From Octopus vulgaris (lineage: Eukaryota), in assembly GCA_951406725.2 (NCBI GenBank), contig OX597816.1, positions 55,614,001-55,678,000 on the forward strand: DNA of 64,000 bases, read 5' to 3'. Positions within the stretch are counted from its first letter, which is position 1. Every line of letters starts with the position of its first letter. The notes below the pieces were generated by a model, which searched no databases, had not been told where the DNA came from, and was given only the letters and a program-made list of their open reading frames with translations. The translations under genes were made by a program, and so were the position numbers. Positions 14,101-28,797 of the stretch are shown here, piece after piece.

Positions 14101-14462
14101 TTTCACGAACGGATTGGTGTTGAGATGTTGAGAATTAGAATTAGAAGCTCTATTTTGTAATACACAGATGAGAGAAGTTTGTAGAATCTACTTCTGAAGA
14201 AACAGTGTATTTCAGGGAGTGGGAACACAGGAAAAGAAAAATAGTGTTTGGACTGGAACTTAAACTTTAAACGCAGTTCCATGTTAGAGTAAAATAGAAC
14301 ATGTGTGTGAATGTGTGTGAGTGTGTGAGTGTGTCTGTGTCTCACACTCTCACTCTCTATCTTTCCTTGTCTCTTTCTCTCTCTCATTCATACGCACTCA
14401 CCTCCTGTCTGCTTTTTTTCTATCTATTTATCTCTCTCATTCATTCCCTGTATACCTCTCTC

Positions 14463-14500
<38 letters not shown>

Positions 14501-14513
14501 CACACACTAAAAA

Positions 14514-14558
<45 letters not shown>

Positions 14559-16650
14559 TGTGTGTGTGTGTGTCTGTGTGTATATTTGAATAAGTGCACA
14601 ATCGAAACAGAATGGCTCTCACATATTCAATAGGAGTTACATATGTTATTTAGTATGGAGCGGAATCATATGTATATAATTGCGTTATCTTAATACGTCA
14701 GTAGCACTGTCCTCTATAGGATGCCACACCTGGTTGTTACGATTATATGTTACGATTCCGTATTGCTACTGTTTATATCTCGTTCAGAGATTTAATACAG
14801 TATATATATATATATATATATATGTAGGTTTCTTGGTCAAAATATTGTTTTCCATGTATATTCCCTATTATCAAAGTATCTATTTGAAGGCCTTAGATTC
14901 ACACTGATTTATTCTCACGTGATATGCGATAAATATCTAATGGTTAAATGATATGTTATTCCGCTGGTTTACTTTTAGTTTTATTTGATTCTGTTTTCAA
15001 TTTTGAAGTATGTTAGTATTTTCTATGGGTGCCTTTGTCACGTCTTTGTTATTTTGTATTACTTGTATGTTCTCAAGTGAAATATTCGTTTTGATATAAT
15101 TTTGTAAGGCTTGTATTCAAAAAAATTGATTTTCATTTTGTTATTCCGGTGTCGCGTTGTCTTAAGACTATCGAAGCCTTATAAACATTGTGATTTGGTA
15201 TTCTGCTAGCCTATATTGCGTTTGTTTAATTACATTTTCGTCATTAAAATATATGATATGGAGTGTGTAACTGTGGTGTCGGTTGACACATCTTCTCTAA
15301 TTAATCTACATATTTCCAAGTTCTGGATTGGTTACTATTTAGTTTATTAATATTTTCCTTGCTTCGTACCAATTTTTATGGAAGGATTTATATTGGAGAT
15401 GTGATAATTAGTAGCTGTAGATACAATGGACAGACTACGCTAATATTTCACGACTGTTCCTTATCTATGAATAACTAGAAAGCTTTCATGTTCCTAACAC
15501 TGTTCACACCGCCGAATTCAATGGTACTGACTGGGTATATATACCCTACTGGCATCCCTTATTCAGGCAATGACAGACGTATGTTTTTGATGCGCCTGCT
15601 CCTTGTGGATCTTTTATACATTTTATATATACTGTGTCCTCACATTTCTGCGTTCCTTTCACAGAGGATTGAAATTATTATGGGATATGGATCTCTTGAT
15701 CGATGGTGGTTTTCTTGTACATATTATATCATACATTGACATTGCAGGATTATCCTTCATTTGGTTTCTGATTAAGGCGAAGATGCTATTTATTTAAATG
15801 TTTCTAGTTTACAGAGGATGTTTGTAAATACCCGCATACGAACATACACACTCACACGCGTGCACCCCACGCACGCACACAAAAACACACATATGTATAT
15901 GAGCGCTCTTCATCAGAAAGGAATAAAAGAGAGAGAGAGAGTGAAAAAACTTGGTGAGTAAGTGTGTTTGTGTGCGTGTGTGTGTGAGTGAGTGAGTGAG
16001 TGTGTGTGTGTGTGCACGTGTGTGTGTGTGTGCGCGCGTGTGTATGTGTGCATTTAAAGAATACTTGAAGTGGTGTACATATATTGTGTATTGAGAAAAA
16101 GGAAGCAGCCATAATTTTGGATAATTATTTATTGGGGCTTTCGTTCGTTTAACATAACTCTGCAAGACAAAAATCAAAAACAGAACGATGGTTTATATAT
16201 ATATAAACGAAAGAAAAGAAAGTGCATAAGCTGATAGGATGAGTATAATTTCCCTTAAAATCATTGGCTGTCTTCCTGATGAACATGCCTACATTAATGC
16301 CTCTCCTGTCCAACCCCCCACTACCCAAGAATCCAAGTTTCTGTAGAATTTACAGAAGACAAACATTGATTGAAAAATTAAGATTAAAATATGTGAGAGA
16401 GATTACATCACTGTAATAATTCTTTCTACATAACTTGATTTGGTTTTATAAATGAACTATCTGAAATGTTTATTTTAATGGCCTATCAGTTAATTATTTC
16501 AATTAATTTAATTGACATGTACAACCTGCATATTAATAACGGATACGAAGAACATACGGCTGATTGGCTACGATAGCAACGCAAAACAACTTTTCAGATA
16601 CACTAGCTACAGGACAGAGAAGTCAGCTAACAACATGTATTCACCAAAGA

Positions 16651-16688
16651 TTTTCTGAAGAAGAGGTCCTAAACCTGAAATATAGAAA
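16651..16688 (+). ncRNA. Decayed minimal hammerhead ribozyme candidate
   Basis: tttt-CTGAAGA-ag-aggt-cctaa-acct-GAAA-taTA-gaaa. The C closing stem II is missing. Stem III is palindromic ATAT. Confidence 0.45.
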
Positions 16689-16869
16689 TACCCAGAAAAA
16701 CTATCAGCGAGTGTTACTTTTATAACTTGCATTGTTTTGGGCGCAGAGTAAATACCTTGAACCAACTTTTCTTACAAAACCATCATAATGAACGGGCCAA
16801 ATATCTTGAAACACCTAATGAATATATGCTTAACACTTGTTGAAAAGGCGTAAGTGGCGTCTTTCTACC

Positions 16870-17475
16870 TTGAAGAGAGCAAAACGTTTATTATCATGAA
16901 TGGTACCCAAACTGAACAGCCTGAGGGAAGTGTGACACCCGCTGTTGCGAAGGAAAAACATTGAAGGCAAGGAAAACAGCTCAGGAAAACATTGGTTTGT
17001 ATGTGGGAGCAGAAACCTCTGCATGGCAAATATGTGGCAAAGTAGCACACAAGCTAATGTTGACCAGAAGCCCACCTATCAGTGGCAAAGAATTTGGCAA
17101 ACGCTTAGAAAATATAAAGATTAGTTCATTGAAGTTGAAACAGTGTGGCATCTGAAGATGACTAAGATACCAGTGATTGTAGGAATACTAGGAATGATCA
17201 AACAGAGAACTGGCAGTTATTTCAGAAATGATCCCTGGATTACCATTCCTGCAAGAAGTGCAACAAATTGTTTCATTTCGTACGTCACACGTAATGAGAA
17301 AGGCATTGTGGATGTGAAAGCGATAACCATTTATGTAAATTATTTTTGTTCTACATAACTTCATTCAATTTTGTACATGAATAATCTGGTATGTTTATTT
17401 TATCAATATGTACAGTGAGGTTTTTTTTACCGTAGGTTTCCGTAAGAAATGGAAACGAAATTGAAGTAGAAAAAC
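16870..17475 (+). mobile_element. Internally deleted 3' fragment of the same R4/Dong family as 1643-5550
   Basis: Nucleotide similarity (gagggaagt; aaacctctgcatggcaaatatgtggc) and peptide WHLKMTKIPVIVGILGMIK. Ends at a long (TAA)n tract. Confidence 0.8.
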
Positions 17476-17699
<224 letters not shown>

Positions 17700-18204
17700 T
17701 GATTGGAAGTGTTATCATGTACATTGTTTTGTCTCGGTATAAAAGATGGGCTACAGCAAATATTCTGCCCAACACTACAGATTTGCTTGTCAGTTGTTTG
17801 ACCTTAACCAGTTGAGCAAGTCCCTTAGTGGCTGACGATATGTGCATCTCTGATCATGAGCAGAAGTAGTGGGGGAGCATCACAGCAGTGTGTTGAGAGG
17901 AATTCTTTGGGGTTTGGATAATTCACCTCTGGAAACATAGGTGTTTCATTCAACATACTTAAACAACCCTTATTCAGGGACCTTTTGAGCAGGATGGGCT
18001 ACGCGACCTGAAGAAAATTCTAACTGGGCTCCACCTGCAAGGTCATGTGCTGTTTATCTAGATATGAGATCATCATGTCGCGCGCATATGGTTGTGATGC
18101 ATGTGCCTAGTGTACCCTTATCAGACTGGTAGTCATGATGGGTATACTGGGCTTTGCATATTTTACCCCAGTGTCACTTTGGTGGCATGCACGGCGTCTC
18201 ACTC
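17700..18204. mobile_element. ~500 bp non-coding interspersed repeat (family A) embedded in (TAA)n
   Basis: Clearly homologous to 33640-34160 and 49215-49710 (ttggaagtgttatcatgtac..ccccagtgtcacttt). Confidence 0.85.
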
Positions 18205-18423
<219 letters not shown>

Positions 18424-18424
18424 G

Positions 18425-18890
18425 GTAAATAAAGAAGGTGAAGATAACAGCAATCAATGTTGGATCCTTGGGAACAACATCAGAAGGCATCAAGAAGAAT
18501 TGAAAGGAAACTGGAATAGAGTGCCCAGTGGAACAGTGACAAAATGTTTGCCTTCTTGACATGGACAGAATAATTAGGTAAATATTAGATAAACGAAAAA
18601 ATGAATAGCATTGTACAGTGGGTTGCAAGTAGTAAGTCCGTTACGCATGCAAGACTTCAGAAGCTCCAACAAAACCTGTGATAAAGTGGAAAAACGATGA
18701 GATTGCACTAGTGAGAGGAATGACGAAAATATGGGATTGCTCGAGTGTGGGAAATAGAGAAAATAACTGTTATCCCAGTAGTTATAGGAACAATGGGAGC
18801 ATGAAATGTGCGAAATTTATTGATCTGTACCATGGATTTGTTTGTTATCCACTTGACATGGACGAATTAAGCATGTCCTTGAATGGCTGA
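18425..18890 (+). mobile_element. Two short decayed R4-like RLE 3' fragments
   Basis: Echoes of the terminal V.IPI.VGALG / Q..LL..ARI.R motif at 18430-18590 and 18720-18890. Confidence 0.45.
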
Positions 18891-19342
18891 CGACATATAC
18901 CACTTTGATCACAAGCATGAGTAGTGGAAGAGCACGATAGTCATGTGTCGAGATGGATAATTTGGGGATTTCAATAATGCAACCGAAGAATAATGCGCCA
19001 TTGCACATACTGATCCCCAAGAATTTCACTGCGTGTGACTGTAAGATCGTAGAGGCTTTTCGCTCCTTTATACGCAGGCTGTAGAGCTTTCGTGAGTTTG
19101 ATAGTGTGGTGACTTCTTACTAGCAAGAAGGGATAAAGTTCCCTCTGTGATTCATCCAATAATGCAGTATCGCCTGATGAAATGAATCAATGATGATAAT
19201 CAACTGGATGCCCGAGGATAATACAGACTATACTGTACTAATCCTAAAGATACCAAAGCCGATGTCAAAATCATGTGATTTGTGGAAATGTGCGTAGCGT
19301 TGTATTAAATATTTATTAATTCCATCCAAGAAAGAATAATTA

Positions 19343-19666
<324 letters not shown>

Positions 19667-20070
19667 AATAATTATAATTTGAGGGAATACAATCCAAACT
19701 TACAAGGAAAAGAATTCAATTTAGACATTTAGAATCAAAGTCCACACAATATAATATATATATAAAATATTAGAAAAAAAACACCTTTCATGAATTCAAA
19801 ATGAATAATTAAATTACACTATCTAGAAAATTACATATAATAGAAACGTTAAAATTAAAATAACAATTAAAAAGTAACGATTAAGTAAATTACAAAAATA
19901 ATATAATGTATATAATAGGTAGTATATAGTATATATGTATATATATAAGTATATACATATATATAGATAGATAGATATAGATATATATATATATGCATAT
20001 ATATACATATATATATATACATATATAAAAACATATATATATACATATATGTACACATATATATATATAT

Positions 20071-20250
20071 GACAACCGATGCGGGTGTGTTTATGTCTCT
20101 GTAATCTAGCGGTTCAGCAGAAGAGAACGATAGAATAAGTTTTAGGTTTAACAAGAATAGGTCCTGGAATCGATTCCTTCAACTGTAACCCTTTAAGGCG
20201 GTGCTCCATCATGGCCGCAGTCAAATCACTGAAACAAGTAAAAGGAGAAG
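20071..20250 (+). mobile_element. SINE family B 3' portion
   Basis: gacaaccgatgc..aggcggtgctcc..catggccgcagtcaaa..ctgaaacaagtaaaag matches the 3' half of 31825-32211. Confidence 0.8.
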
Positions 20251-20351
20251 AGTTTAAATGAGTCGTTAGGAAAGATGTTTAGAATCTATAACAACGGCGG
20301 AACATCTGATGCTTATCTTGGTGTATATCAATCCAACAACATAATCAAATG

Positions 20352-20426
<75 letters not shown>

Positions 20427-20427
20427 T

Positions 20428-20470
<43 letters not shown>

Positions 20471-21142
20471 GTGTGTATATATACGTATATGCCTGTACAC
20501 ATACATACTCACATAATATGTGAATACATTCATATAGACATAGATATATACATATATACAGGTAAGTGTCTATGTACATCAGTGCTTGTATGTTGCAAGC
20601 GCTTGAGTGTAACAGTGTGTCTGTGTGGTAAGAATATGAAAGCACTTTGAGAATTTGAAAAATCACAACCGAAAGGCAACTCTAAGAAATCTAAATGGTT
20701 CCTTTGATGATGTATCGCTTGTATAATATAATGTTTAAATCAGTCAAATTTCCTATATGTGTCTCTCTATCAAAGCCGCTTCATGCAAAATTGCAAAACT
20801 TCTCTTGAAGCTGTACTGAAAATCGTAAAAAATGTATATACTGTTATCTTTTAAAATATATTTAATCGAAAAGAAAAAAGTGGAAGTAATGCATTTATAT
20901 TAACGGCACATTAAATATAGTTTTGCGAGAATATGTGAATATACTAAAATTTCAATTTGCATACTGCACTCTTGTAAAATACTTATATTTTTTTAACTGA
21001 TATATGACTGAATGTATAAAATGTCGGAAAATATCTTATCACTGCCGTGTTTTGCATTCAAATCTCGAGCATGTCAACCTTCGAAGGAGAAAACATAGTT
21101 CCTAGACAGGTATCATTATAAATGCAATCGAAAGTAATATTG

Positions 21143-21845
21143 GTTTCAAATTTCGGTACAAGGCCAGTAATTTTGCGGGAGGTGTAAGTCGATTTCCCTC
21201 GACCCCTGTTCAAAACAGGTACTTATTTTATCGAACCCAAACAGATGAAAAGCAAAGTCAACCTCGGCGGAATTTGAACTCAGAACGTAAAAGCAAACGA
21301 AATGCCGGTAAGCATATTGCACGTCACGCTAACGATTCAGCCTGCTCGCAGACTGACTCCAATGTTATATTATTTTCTACTCTTGCTACAAGGCCCAAAA
21401 TTTTTGGGGAGGGGGCTAGTAGATTAGATTGACCCCAGTACGCAACTGATATTTAAGTTATCGACCCTGAAAGGGTGAAAGGCAAATTTGACATCAGCCG
21501 AATTCGAAATCAGAACGTAAATACAGACGGAATACCGCTAAGCATTTGGCCTGGGGTACTAACATTTCTGCCAGCTCGTCGCCTTATAAAATATTCTTTT
21601 CTACTCTAGGTACAAAGTCCGAAATTTTTTGTTGGGTTGGGGAGAGGGGCAGTCGATTAGATCAACCCCAGTATACAACTGGCACTTAATTTATCGACCC
21701 TGAAATGATGAAAGGCAAAGTCTGAGTTCAAAGACTGAGTTAAAAGGAATTTGAACTCAGAACGTAGAAGTAGACGAAATGGCGCTAAGCATTTTTTCCC
21801 GTCATGCTAACAATTCAGGCAGCTCGCAGATTGACTCCAGTGTAA
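21143..21845 (-). mobile_element. Three tandem copies of tRNA-derived SINE family D
   Basis: Each copy has gttagc..gcttagc..cgttctgagttcaaatt (B-box-like)..gggtcgataaa..ctggggtc, homologous to 50020-50250. Confidence 0.85.
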
Positions 21846-22542
21846 TATTGTGAGCAATTCCTTGCATGGAGAGAATCCAAAGATCGAAACCAGTAAAAGA
21901 TTCATTATTTAATTTAAATTATTTTAACCTCAATACTCACTCGTAGTTTTCCCGTCAATAAGTTCCAGAGATTTACCAATTACAAATGTCTTTATATGAA
22001 GTCCTATAACTTAATAAATATTAGGCTTGTATTTTGGATATCTGAAGAAAGCTGATGGATGGCCAATGGCAACAGAAGTTTCCAGTTAGTAATTATCTAA
22101 TCCGAAATGCAGATTACAATACACATATTTAACTCTTCAGTTACCGTATTTCTACAGAAATACATAGATTTGATTAAGTCAATTTTGAATATAACGATGG
22201 ATATCGTAAAATATTTTTTTTTTAATTTTAGTTAGTGTTCGGAAAATGAATTAACATGCAATTCTGATGAACATTTTTAATTAATTTGTTATACAAGATT
22301 TTAATTAAGATCATTTTAAAACAGAGAGTTATATATCATAGTACAGGGGCGGTTTCAGGAGGGTTGGTGTCAAAAGCAATGAAGAACGTATTCAAAACAA
22401 CTAAAGAGACACTAGATATGCTGAAAATGCCAGAAGTCGTTACGTCATCGATAGATATTAACGGAAATTATTTATCGATATGGGAATGTATATCGTAATT
22501 TCTTATTCTCCGGTAATCCAGCTTCTGACCATCTAGCGCACG

Positions 22543-22770
<228 letters not shown>

Positions 22771-23346
22771 CGGCGCGTGCCTGTGTATATTTGTGTCTAT
22801 GTATATGTATATATATATATACAGAGAGAGAGAGAGAGAGAGAGACTTATATATGTGTGCTTCTGCCTTGTATTAAGGGCGCGACTATGTTTGATTTTAA
22901 ACTTTCTTATATTTTGATCTGATTTTTATTTTTTTCTTCATAATTCTTCAATCCATAATATTACAATCTGTTTAAACATTAGTATTCGTAAATCTATTTT
23001 GGTTTCCGTCTTCAAAATCACCTTCAAAAGAAGACCCTGTCTACATTGCTTTTATACCTATTATACCACACCAATATTTAATATAAACGTAAGAGAGTGG
23101 CATTACTCATACAGCACGTCTATAAGATAAATACAAAAATATGGCTTTATACATACACAAGTACCGGATTTCTATAGAAATATAAAATATTCGCATTTTT
23201 ATTACACAACGAACAATGGAACCCATTTGTGAAATCGTATGCAAAACCGAACTTTACTTAAGACCGGATGATCTGTTGCACCACATCACAGAACAAATCA
23301 AATACCCACGCACTTATACATAAGAAGCCACCAAAATATACTTGCA

Positions 23347-23400
<54 letters not shown>

Positions 23401-23816
23401 AATGTATGAAATGATTGAATGAATGAAAACATTAGTGAATCTTCCAGAATTAGAGTACATCTCTGTCATCTAGCAACAAACACACTGCCTGAATAATTTG
23501 GTTAAAAACAAGGAGAATGTAGGAATACACACACATGGCACCGCCCAATTTATAAACTACAGAAGAACATACTTCAAACAAACAATATAATTCATAAATC
23601 GTGTTGGAGATATGAATAGTGTAAGCTTCATGAAGCAAACAACTAGACTGGTCAACAAAGGGCAGCAACTTCGCAGCAGTTGACGATGTATTTACAAAAG
23701 GGTCATCGTCAGATATTACAAAACAGAAGATACGCTAAAAGTAGACTGAAGACAAGAGAGCCCGGAGTTAACAACGTTATTATTCTATATTGACCTTAGG
23801 CCTTTCAATTTCTCTC

Positions 23817-23858
<42 letters not shown>

Positions 23859-24351
23859 TCTAGTTATCTGTCTATCTATCTATCATTCTAACTATCTGTC
23901 TGTCTCTCTAGTCATCTATGTTTCTATATGCATACATAGATAAACACACAATTACTCACATACTCACAGACATATATGTATGTATGTAAAGTCAAAATTG
24001 ATAGAAAAACAGTCTGAGGACGTAGCTTAAATTCTGCACTATTTTGATGAATGTTGTCCATGTAAGAAATTTAGTAATTATCAAATTTAATGATACACAT
24101 TGTTTACACGTTTTAAGTTACGAAACAATTGTTCGTGATATTAAAATTTTCTTATTGTTAAATATAAATTCCATCAAACTATTTCTCTGTGACTGTATAC
24201 ACTCCCTCTAATAATTTTCTCTTGAATCCTACTTTATATAATATTATGTTTTGTAGACTAAATCATTAAAGAGTATTTTATATGAATACAACCGGATTAC
24301 TTGAATTCATATATTGTGATTTAAATTTACATAAATATACATACATACATG

Positions 24352-24401
<50 letters not shown>

Positions 24402-24445
24402 TACATAAATGTACAGACACACACATGTATATATATATATATATA

Positions 24446-24950
24446 CTAGCAGTATTGCCCGGCGTTGCTCGGGTTTGTAAGGGAAATAACTATATAAGCA
24501 TTTTTAGAGAGTTACCACCCTTATAGATGCCAATTCGGGCTTTCTTAGCCATTTCTATTTTGGTGTCTTCAAGCCATGAAGTCGTTGTTCTAAAAGAACG
24601 CTGGTCTCCCTGACAACGCTTTACGACGTTGATTTCTTTACACTCCCTTCCCCACAGCTTCACGAGGGAGGGAAGAAGGGGGAGAAGCAAACAGGTGCAG
24701 GTGTGACCATGGACGCCAACTCCGCCGCCATCGACACACGGAAAATTATGCATTAAAATGGAATAAAAAATTATGTTAAATTATTAAATGTTAAATTGTA
24801 GACGCGCGCTAATACTCAGACGGGCTCGATATGAATTACGACTATAAGATACCCGAATTTGGTAAAACTGCACCGCAAAATGTGGGAGTAGTTAGGAATC
24901 TAAATCGAAGAGGACAGACACTCACACAACTACAGTTTTATATATATAGA
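24446..24950 (-). mobile_element. Non-autonomous Helitron (505 bp)
   Basis: Minus strand starts TC(tatatatataaaac) and ends with a GC-rich hairpin (cccgagcaacgccggg) followed by CTAG. Inserted between A and T with no TSD. Confidence 0.88.
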
Positions 24951-24957
24951 TATGCAG

Positions 24958-25258
24958 AAGGCGCGTGGGTTCGTGGTTTGGGCATTCGGCTCATGATCAT
25001 AAGATTGTGAGTTCAATTCCCGGCGACGCGTTGTGTCCTTGAGCAAGACACTTTATTTCCCGTTGCTTCAGTCCACTCAGCTTGCAAAAATGAGTAGTAT
25101 CTGTATTTTAAAGGGCCAGCCTTGTCACGCTGAATCTCTCTGAGAACTACGTTAAGGGCACACGTGCCTGTGGATTGCTCTTCCACTTGTACGTAAATTT
25201 CACGAGCAAGCTGTTCCGTTGATCGTATCAGCTGGGACCTCCTCGTCCTAAACGACTG
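24958..25258 (+). mobile_element. tRNA-derived SINE with CORE-like segment
   Basis: A/B-box-like head (gagttcaattccc), CORE-like gtgtccttgagcaagacactt, and a tail shared with 55700-55864. Confidence 0.8.
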
Positions 25259-25268
25259 AGAGCTACTT

Positions 25269-25563
25269 ACATGTGCTCCGGAGAACCTGATATACACACT
25301 AACCTGATCTGGGTGTCAAGCGCAATACATAGGCCAATCAAAAAATAGTTTACGTAAAAGAATGGCCCTGCACAGATCCCAGATAAAAATTCCCCAAAAC
25401 AGAAAATAGCAGTCAGCCCACTCATCGACTTTTGTGCCAACAACCAAAATCCAAGCTTCAGAAGTTTTCCCTCTCTACCAATTCAGGAACGATGCAACCT
25501 GGAGCGAACGAATAAGTAAAGAAACTCTCTTTATTACAATATACAGGCCCCTTCTGAACGCGT
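25269..25563 (+). mobile_element. Penelope-like GIY-YIG endonuclease remnant
   Basis: Manual translation: TCAPENLIYTLT*SGCQAQYIGQSKNSLRKRMALHRSQIK..RISKETLFITIYRPLLN. Confidence 0.82.
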
Positions 25564-25651
25564 CTACGACAAACGACATATCCACCTCGGCCTTAGAATA
25601 ACACAAATACACACGCAAGTATTATAAAGGATATACTCACTGGTCACCGTA

Positions 25652-25768
25652 ATTAGAAATATAAAATGTCTAAATGTCTCAAAGTGACATGAGCGAGTAT
25701 ACAACAACTCTATCGCTCCACCACCGCTCATGTCTCTTTGAGACATTTAGAAATTTAATATTTCTAAT
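25652..25768. repeat. 44-bp inverted repeat (hairpin)
   Basis: attagaaatataaaatgtctaaatgtctcaaagtgacatgagcg pairs with its reverse complement at 25725-25768 (3 mismatches), leaving a ~29 nt loop. Confidence 0.85.
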
Positions 25769-25989
25769 ATATATATATATATATAATGTATACTTGCCAT
25801 CTCAATATGGCTAACTACTAAGGGTGGGTGTTACTGTAGCTTGTAGTCCCAGGAGAACATCGTCTCCAGCTTACATTAGGCACACTTTCTGTGCCCTTAT
25901 GGTATATATATATACGTAATCATATGAAAGGGAAATGGAAATTAATTAAAATTTTCATTTCCAGTGGCCTAACGTGTAAAGATTTAATA

Positions 25990-26417
25990 CATTTAAACAC
26001 ATCAGGAATCCACTCCTGGGATTCAACACGCTAGAAAGAACAGCTATGTTCTATAACCACAAAATTAGGGATAAAATTCGACAGGAACGAAATGAAAAAA
26101 TAAAAACATTTTACAATCTAGTTTCCTGGACCAATTGATTTTTGATGTTAGTTTAGCAAGTAAATGAATAAGATAAACTCGCTAGGTGAAATCGTCTTTA
26201 GAAGAAACAACTAGGGTTAAACGTATAAACACGAGGCGATCAAATTATGTGCCTCTTGTTTATATATCCTAGTCTTTTCAAAATCTATTGCGCAGCCGCA
26301 GCCTTTCGCCTGCAATAAAAAAAATGCCAAATTTTTTCCCTAATTTATGACTATAGAACCCAGCTGTACTTTCTAGAGTATTGAACCCCACGAGTGGATT
26401 CCTCATGTGTTTAAATG
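25990..26417. mobile_element. Tc1/mariner-type MITE with ~85-90 bp TIRs and TA TSD
   Basis: ta|catttaaacacatcaggaatccactc..gagtggattcctcatgtgtttaaatg|ta. An internal hairpin is present at ~26210-26273. Confidence 0.82.
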
Positions 26418-27515
26418 TACACTGTATTTTATGACTACATATATATATATATTTATATATTATTTATCCTAATGATACATGCACGTATATAATCGTGAAT
26501 GCTTACATACTGAGACGTAGCGTGTTGGGGGTGGTTATGAAGAAAGAAATAAGATGTCATATAAAATGTCACGTGAATAATGCGGAACAGAAAATATAGT
26601 TTGCATGCATGCATAAATAGATGCTAATTGGATATATGTACATATCTATATCTATCTATCTATGTATCTATGTATGTATGTATGTATTATCATTATCATA
26701 TTATTATTATTATATATTATTACTATTATTATGTATATGAAACACACAAAAATATATATAAAAACAAAAAAAACACAAAAAAAAAACTACCACAAACCCA
26801 AAAAAAAATAAAAAACCGACAATAACACCAAAACAAAAAAAAAAACAGAACAAAACACACACACACACACAAAAACACCATAACACACACACATATATTA
26901 TATATATTAATATTATATAATATTTTTTAAATATATATAAAATTAAAATTATATATTTTAATTATTAAAATTCAATATATTAAAAATAAATTTTTTAATA
27001 AAATAATATTTTATATATATATTCTTATTATTTTATTTTAATTATTATTATAAAAAAAAAGAAATTAAAAATTAAAAAAACAAAAAATAAAAATTTAATA
27101 ATTAAAAAAAGAAAGAAAAAAAAAAAAATAAAAAACATTAAAGAAATAAATTAAACAATAAAATAAAAAATTATTAATTATAAAATAATATTAAAAATTT
27201 TAATAAAACAAAATTAATAAATTATATTTAAATTAAATTATATTTATATATTATATTTTTTTTTTCTTTGAGAATAAGAGAGAAAAAAGTGGAAGAGTGA
27301 GGAAAGAAGAGAAAGGAATAAAAAGGGAAAGAAGAGAAAGAGAAGAGAGAGAGAGAGAGAAAAGAGAAGGGTAAAGGAAGGAAGATAAAAAGAGAAAAAA
27401 AGGAAAGAAAAGAGAGAGAGAGAGAGAAGGAAAAAGGAATAAGAAAAGAAAAAGTCTTTATATAATTTTTAATAAAAATAATATTGTTTATAATATTTTA
27501 AAATTTATATAAATA

Positions 27516-27615
27516 NNNNNNNNNNNNNNNNNNNNNNNNNNNNNNNNNNNNNNNNNNNNNNNNNNNNNNNNNNNNNNNNNNNNNNNNNNNNNNNNNNNNN
27601 NNNNNNNNNNNNNNN
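27516..27615. other. Assembly gap (100 N)
   Basis: Run of N. The preceding ~800 bp is degraded low-complexity sequence. Confidence 0.99.
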
Positions 27616-28386
27616 GAATAATAAATATATCGCGCGAGAGAGACAGGGGGGAAATAAAAACATTTTAAAAGAAATCAAGGAAAAGAGTGTCCTGCTAAGT
27701 GGACAAAACTGATCTGGAAATCTGAATTTTGTTGTCAAGGAATGAATAATGACTAATTTATGTCATTAACTTCTGAAGAAATAGCTAATAAACATAACAC
27801 TAATTGTTCATAATTTAGGCACAATCTATCACTCTTTAGATAAGGGATTAGCCTATAGCATCAACCCCAGTAACTCTTTGGTTCTATATTCTATCGATGC
27901 CAGAGTCGTGGAAGGACAAGTTGAGCTCGGTGAGATTTGAACTCAGAACGTAAAGAGCCATCACTGTTGAGGTTCTGCAAGGGAACTGACCGTTAACTGT
28001 AATATTAAGTAGGATGGAAAAAACGTATATACATACTCGCATACACACACATATATATACAGACATACATGCATACACACACACAAACATATGTATATAT
28101 ATATATATACTTACATACACGACCCTTGTTTTTGTATGTATAAATATATATAAATATATGTGTGTATGAGTGTGTAAAAGAATATGTATTTATGCTTGTA
28201 TATGTTTACGTATATACGCGTTATTATACGTATGTATAAGTATATACCTACATAAATATATATATAAATAGAGCAATATACACATGCATTCAGTTATACG
28301 TAACTTTATATATAACACACACACACGCATTTTTATATACAAATACCTGTGCATCTTTATGCGTAGGCATATGAGTATCTATCTAT

Positions 28387-28463
<77 letters not shown>

Positions 28464-28470
<7 letters not shown>

Positions 28471-28755
28471 ATCACGTGAACGACCAGTCCATCAGATGTA
28501 GTTACACAATGCTGGTCACAATGCGTTCGCATTGTTTTAGCCTTCGAATGACGCCACACCGCTGGCTAAGCGAGCAGGCCAACAGAAGAAAGAGTGGTGA
28601 AAGAGTACAGCAGGGATCACCACCCTCTGCCGGAGCCTCGAGGAGCTTTAAGGTGTTTTCGCTCAATAAACACTCACAACGCCCGGTCTGTGAATCGAAA
28701 CCGCGATCCTACGACCGCGAGTCCGCTGCCCTAACCACTAGGCCATTGCGCCTCC
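28464..28755 (-). mobile_element. tRNA-derived SINE family E
   Basis: Head ggaggcgcaatggcctagtggttagggcagcggactcgcggtcg..ggtttcgattc with A and B boxes. Homologous to 45413-45721 and 55490-55680. Confidence 0.88.
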
Positions 28756-28766
28756 ACACACACACA

Positions 28767-28797
<31 letters not shown>

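Noticed and set aside
26690-27515. Extremely A/T- and purine-skewed segment
   Set aside because: It is adjacent to the assembly gap and looks like error-rich read-end sequence of microsatellites.
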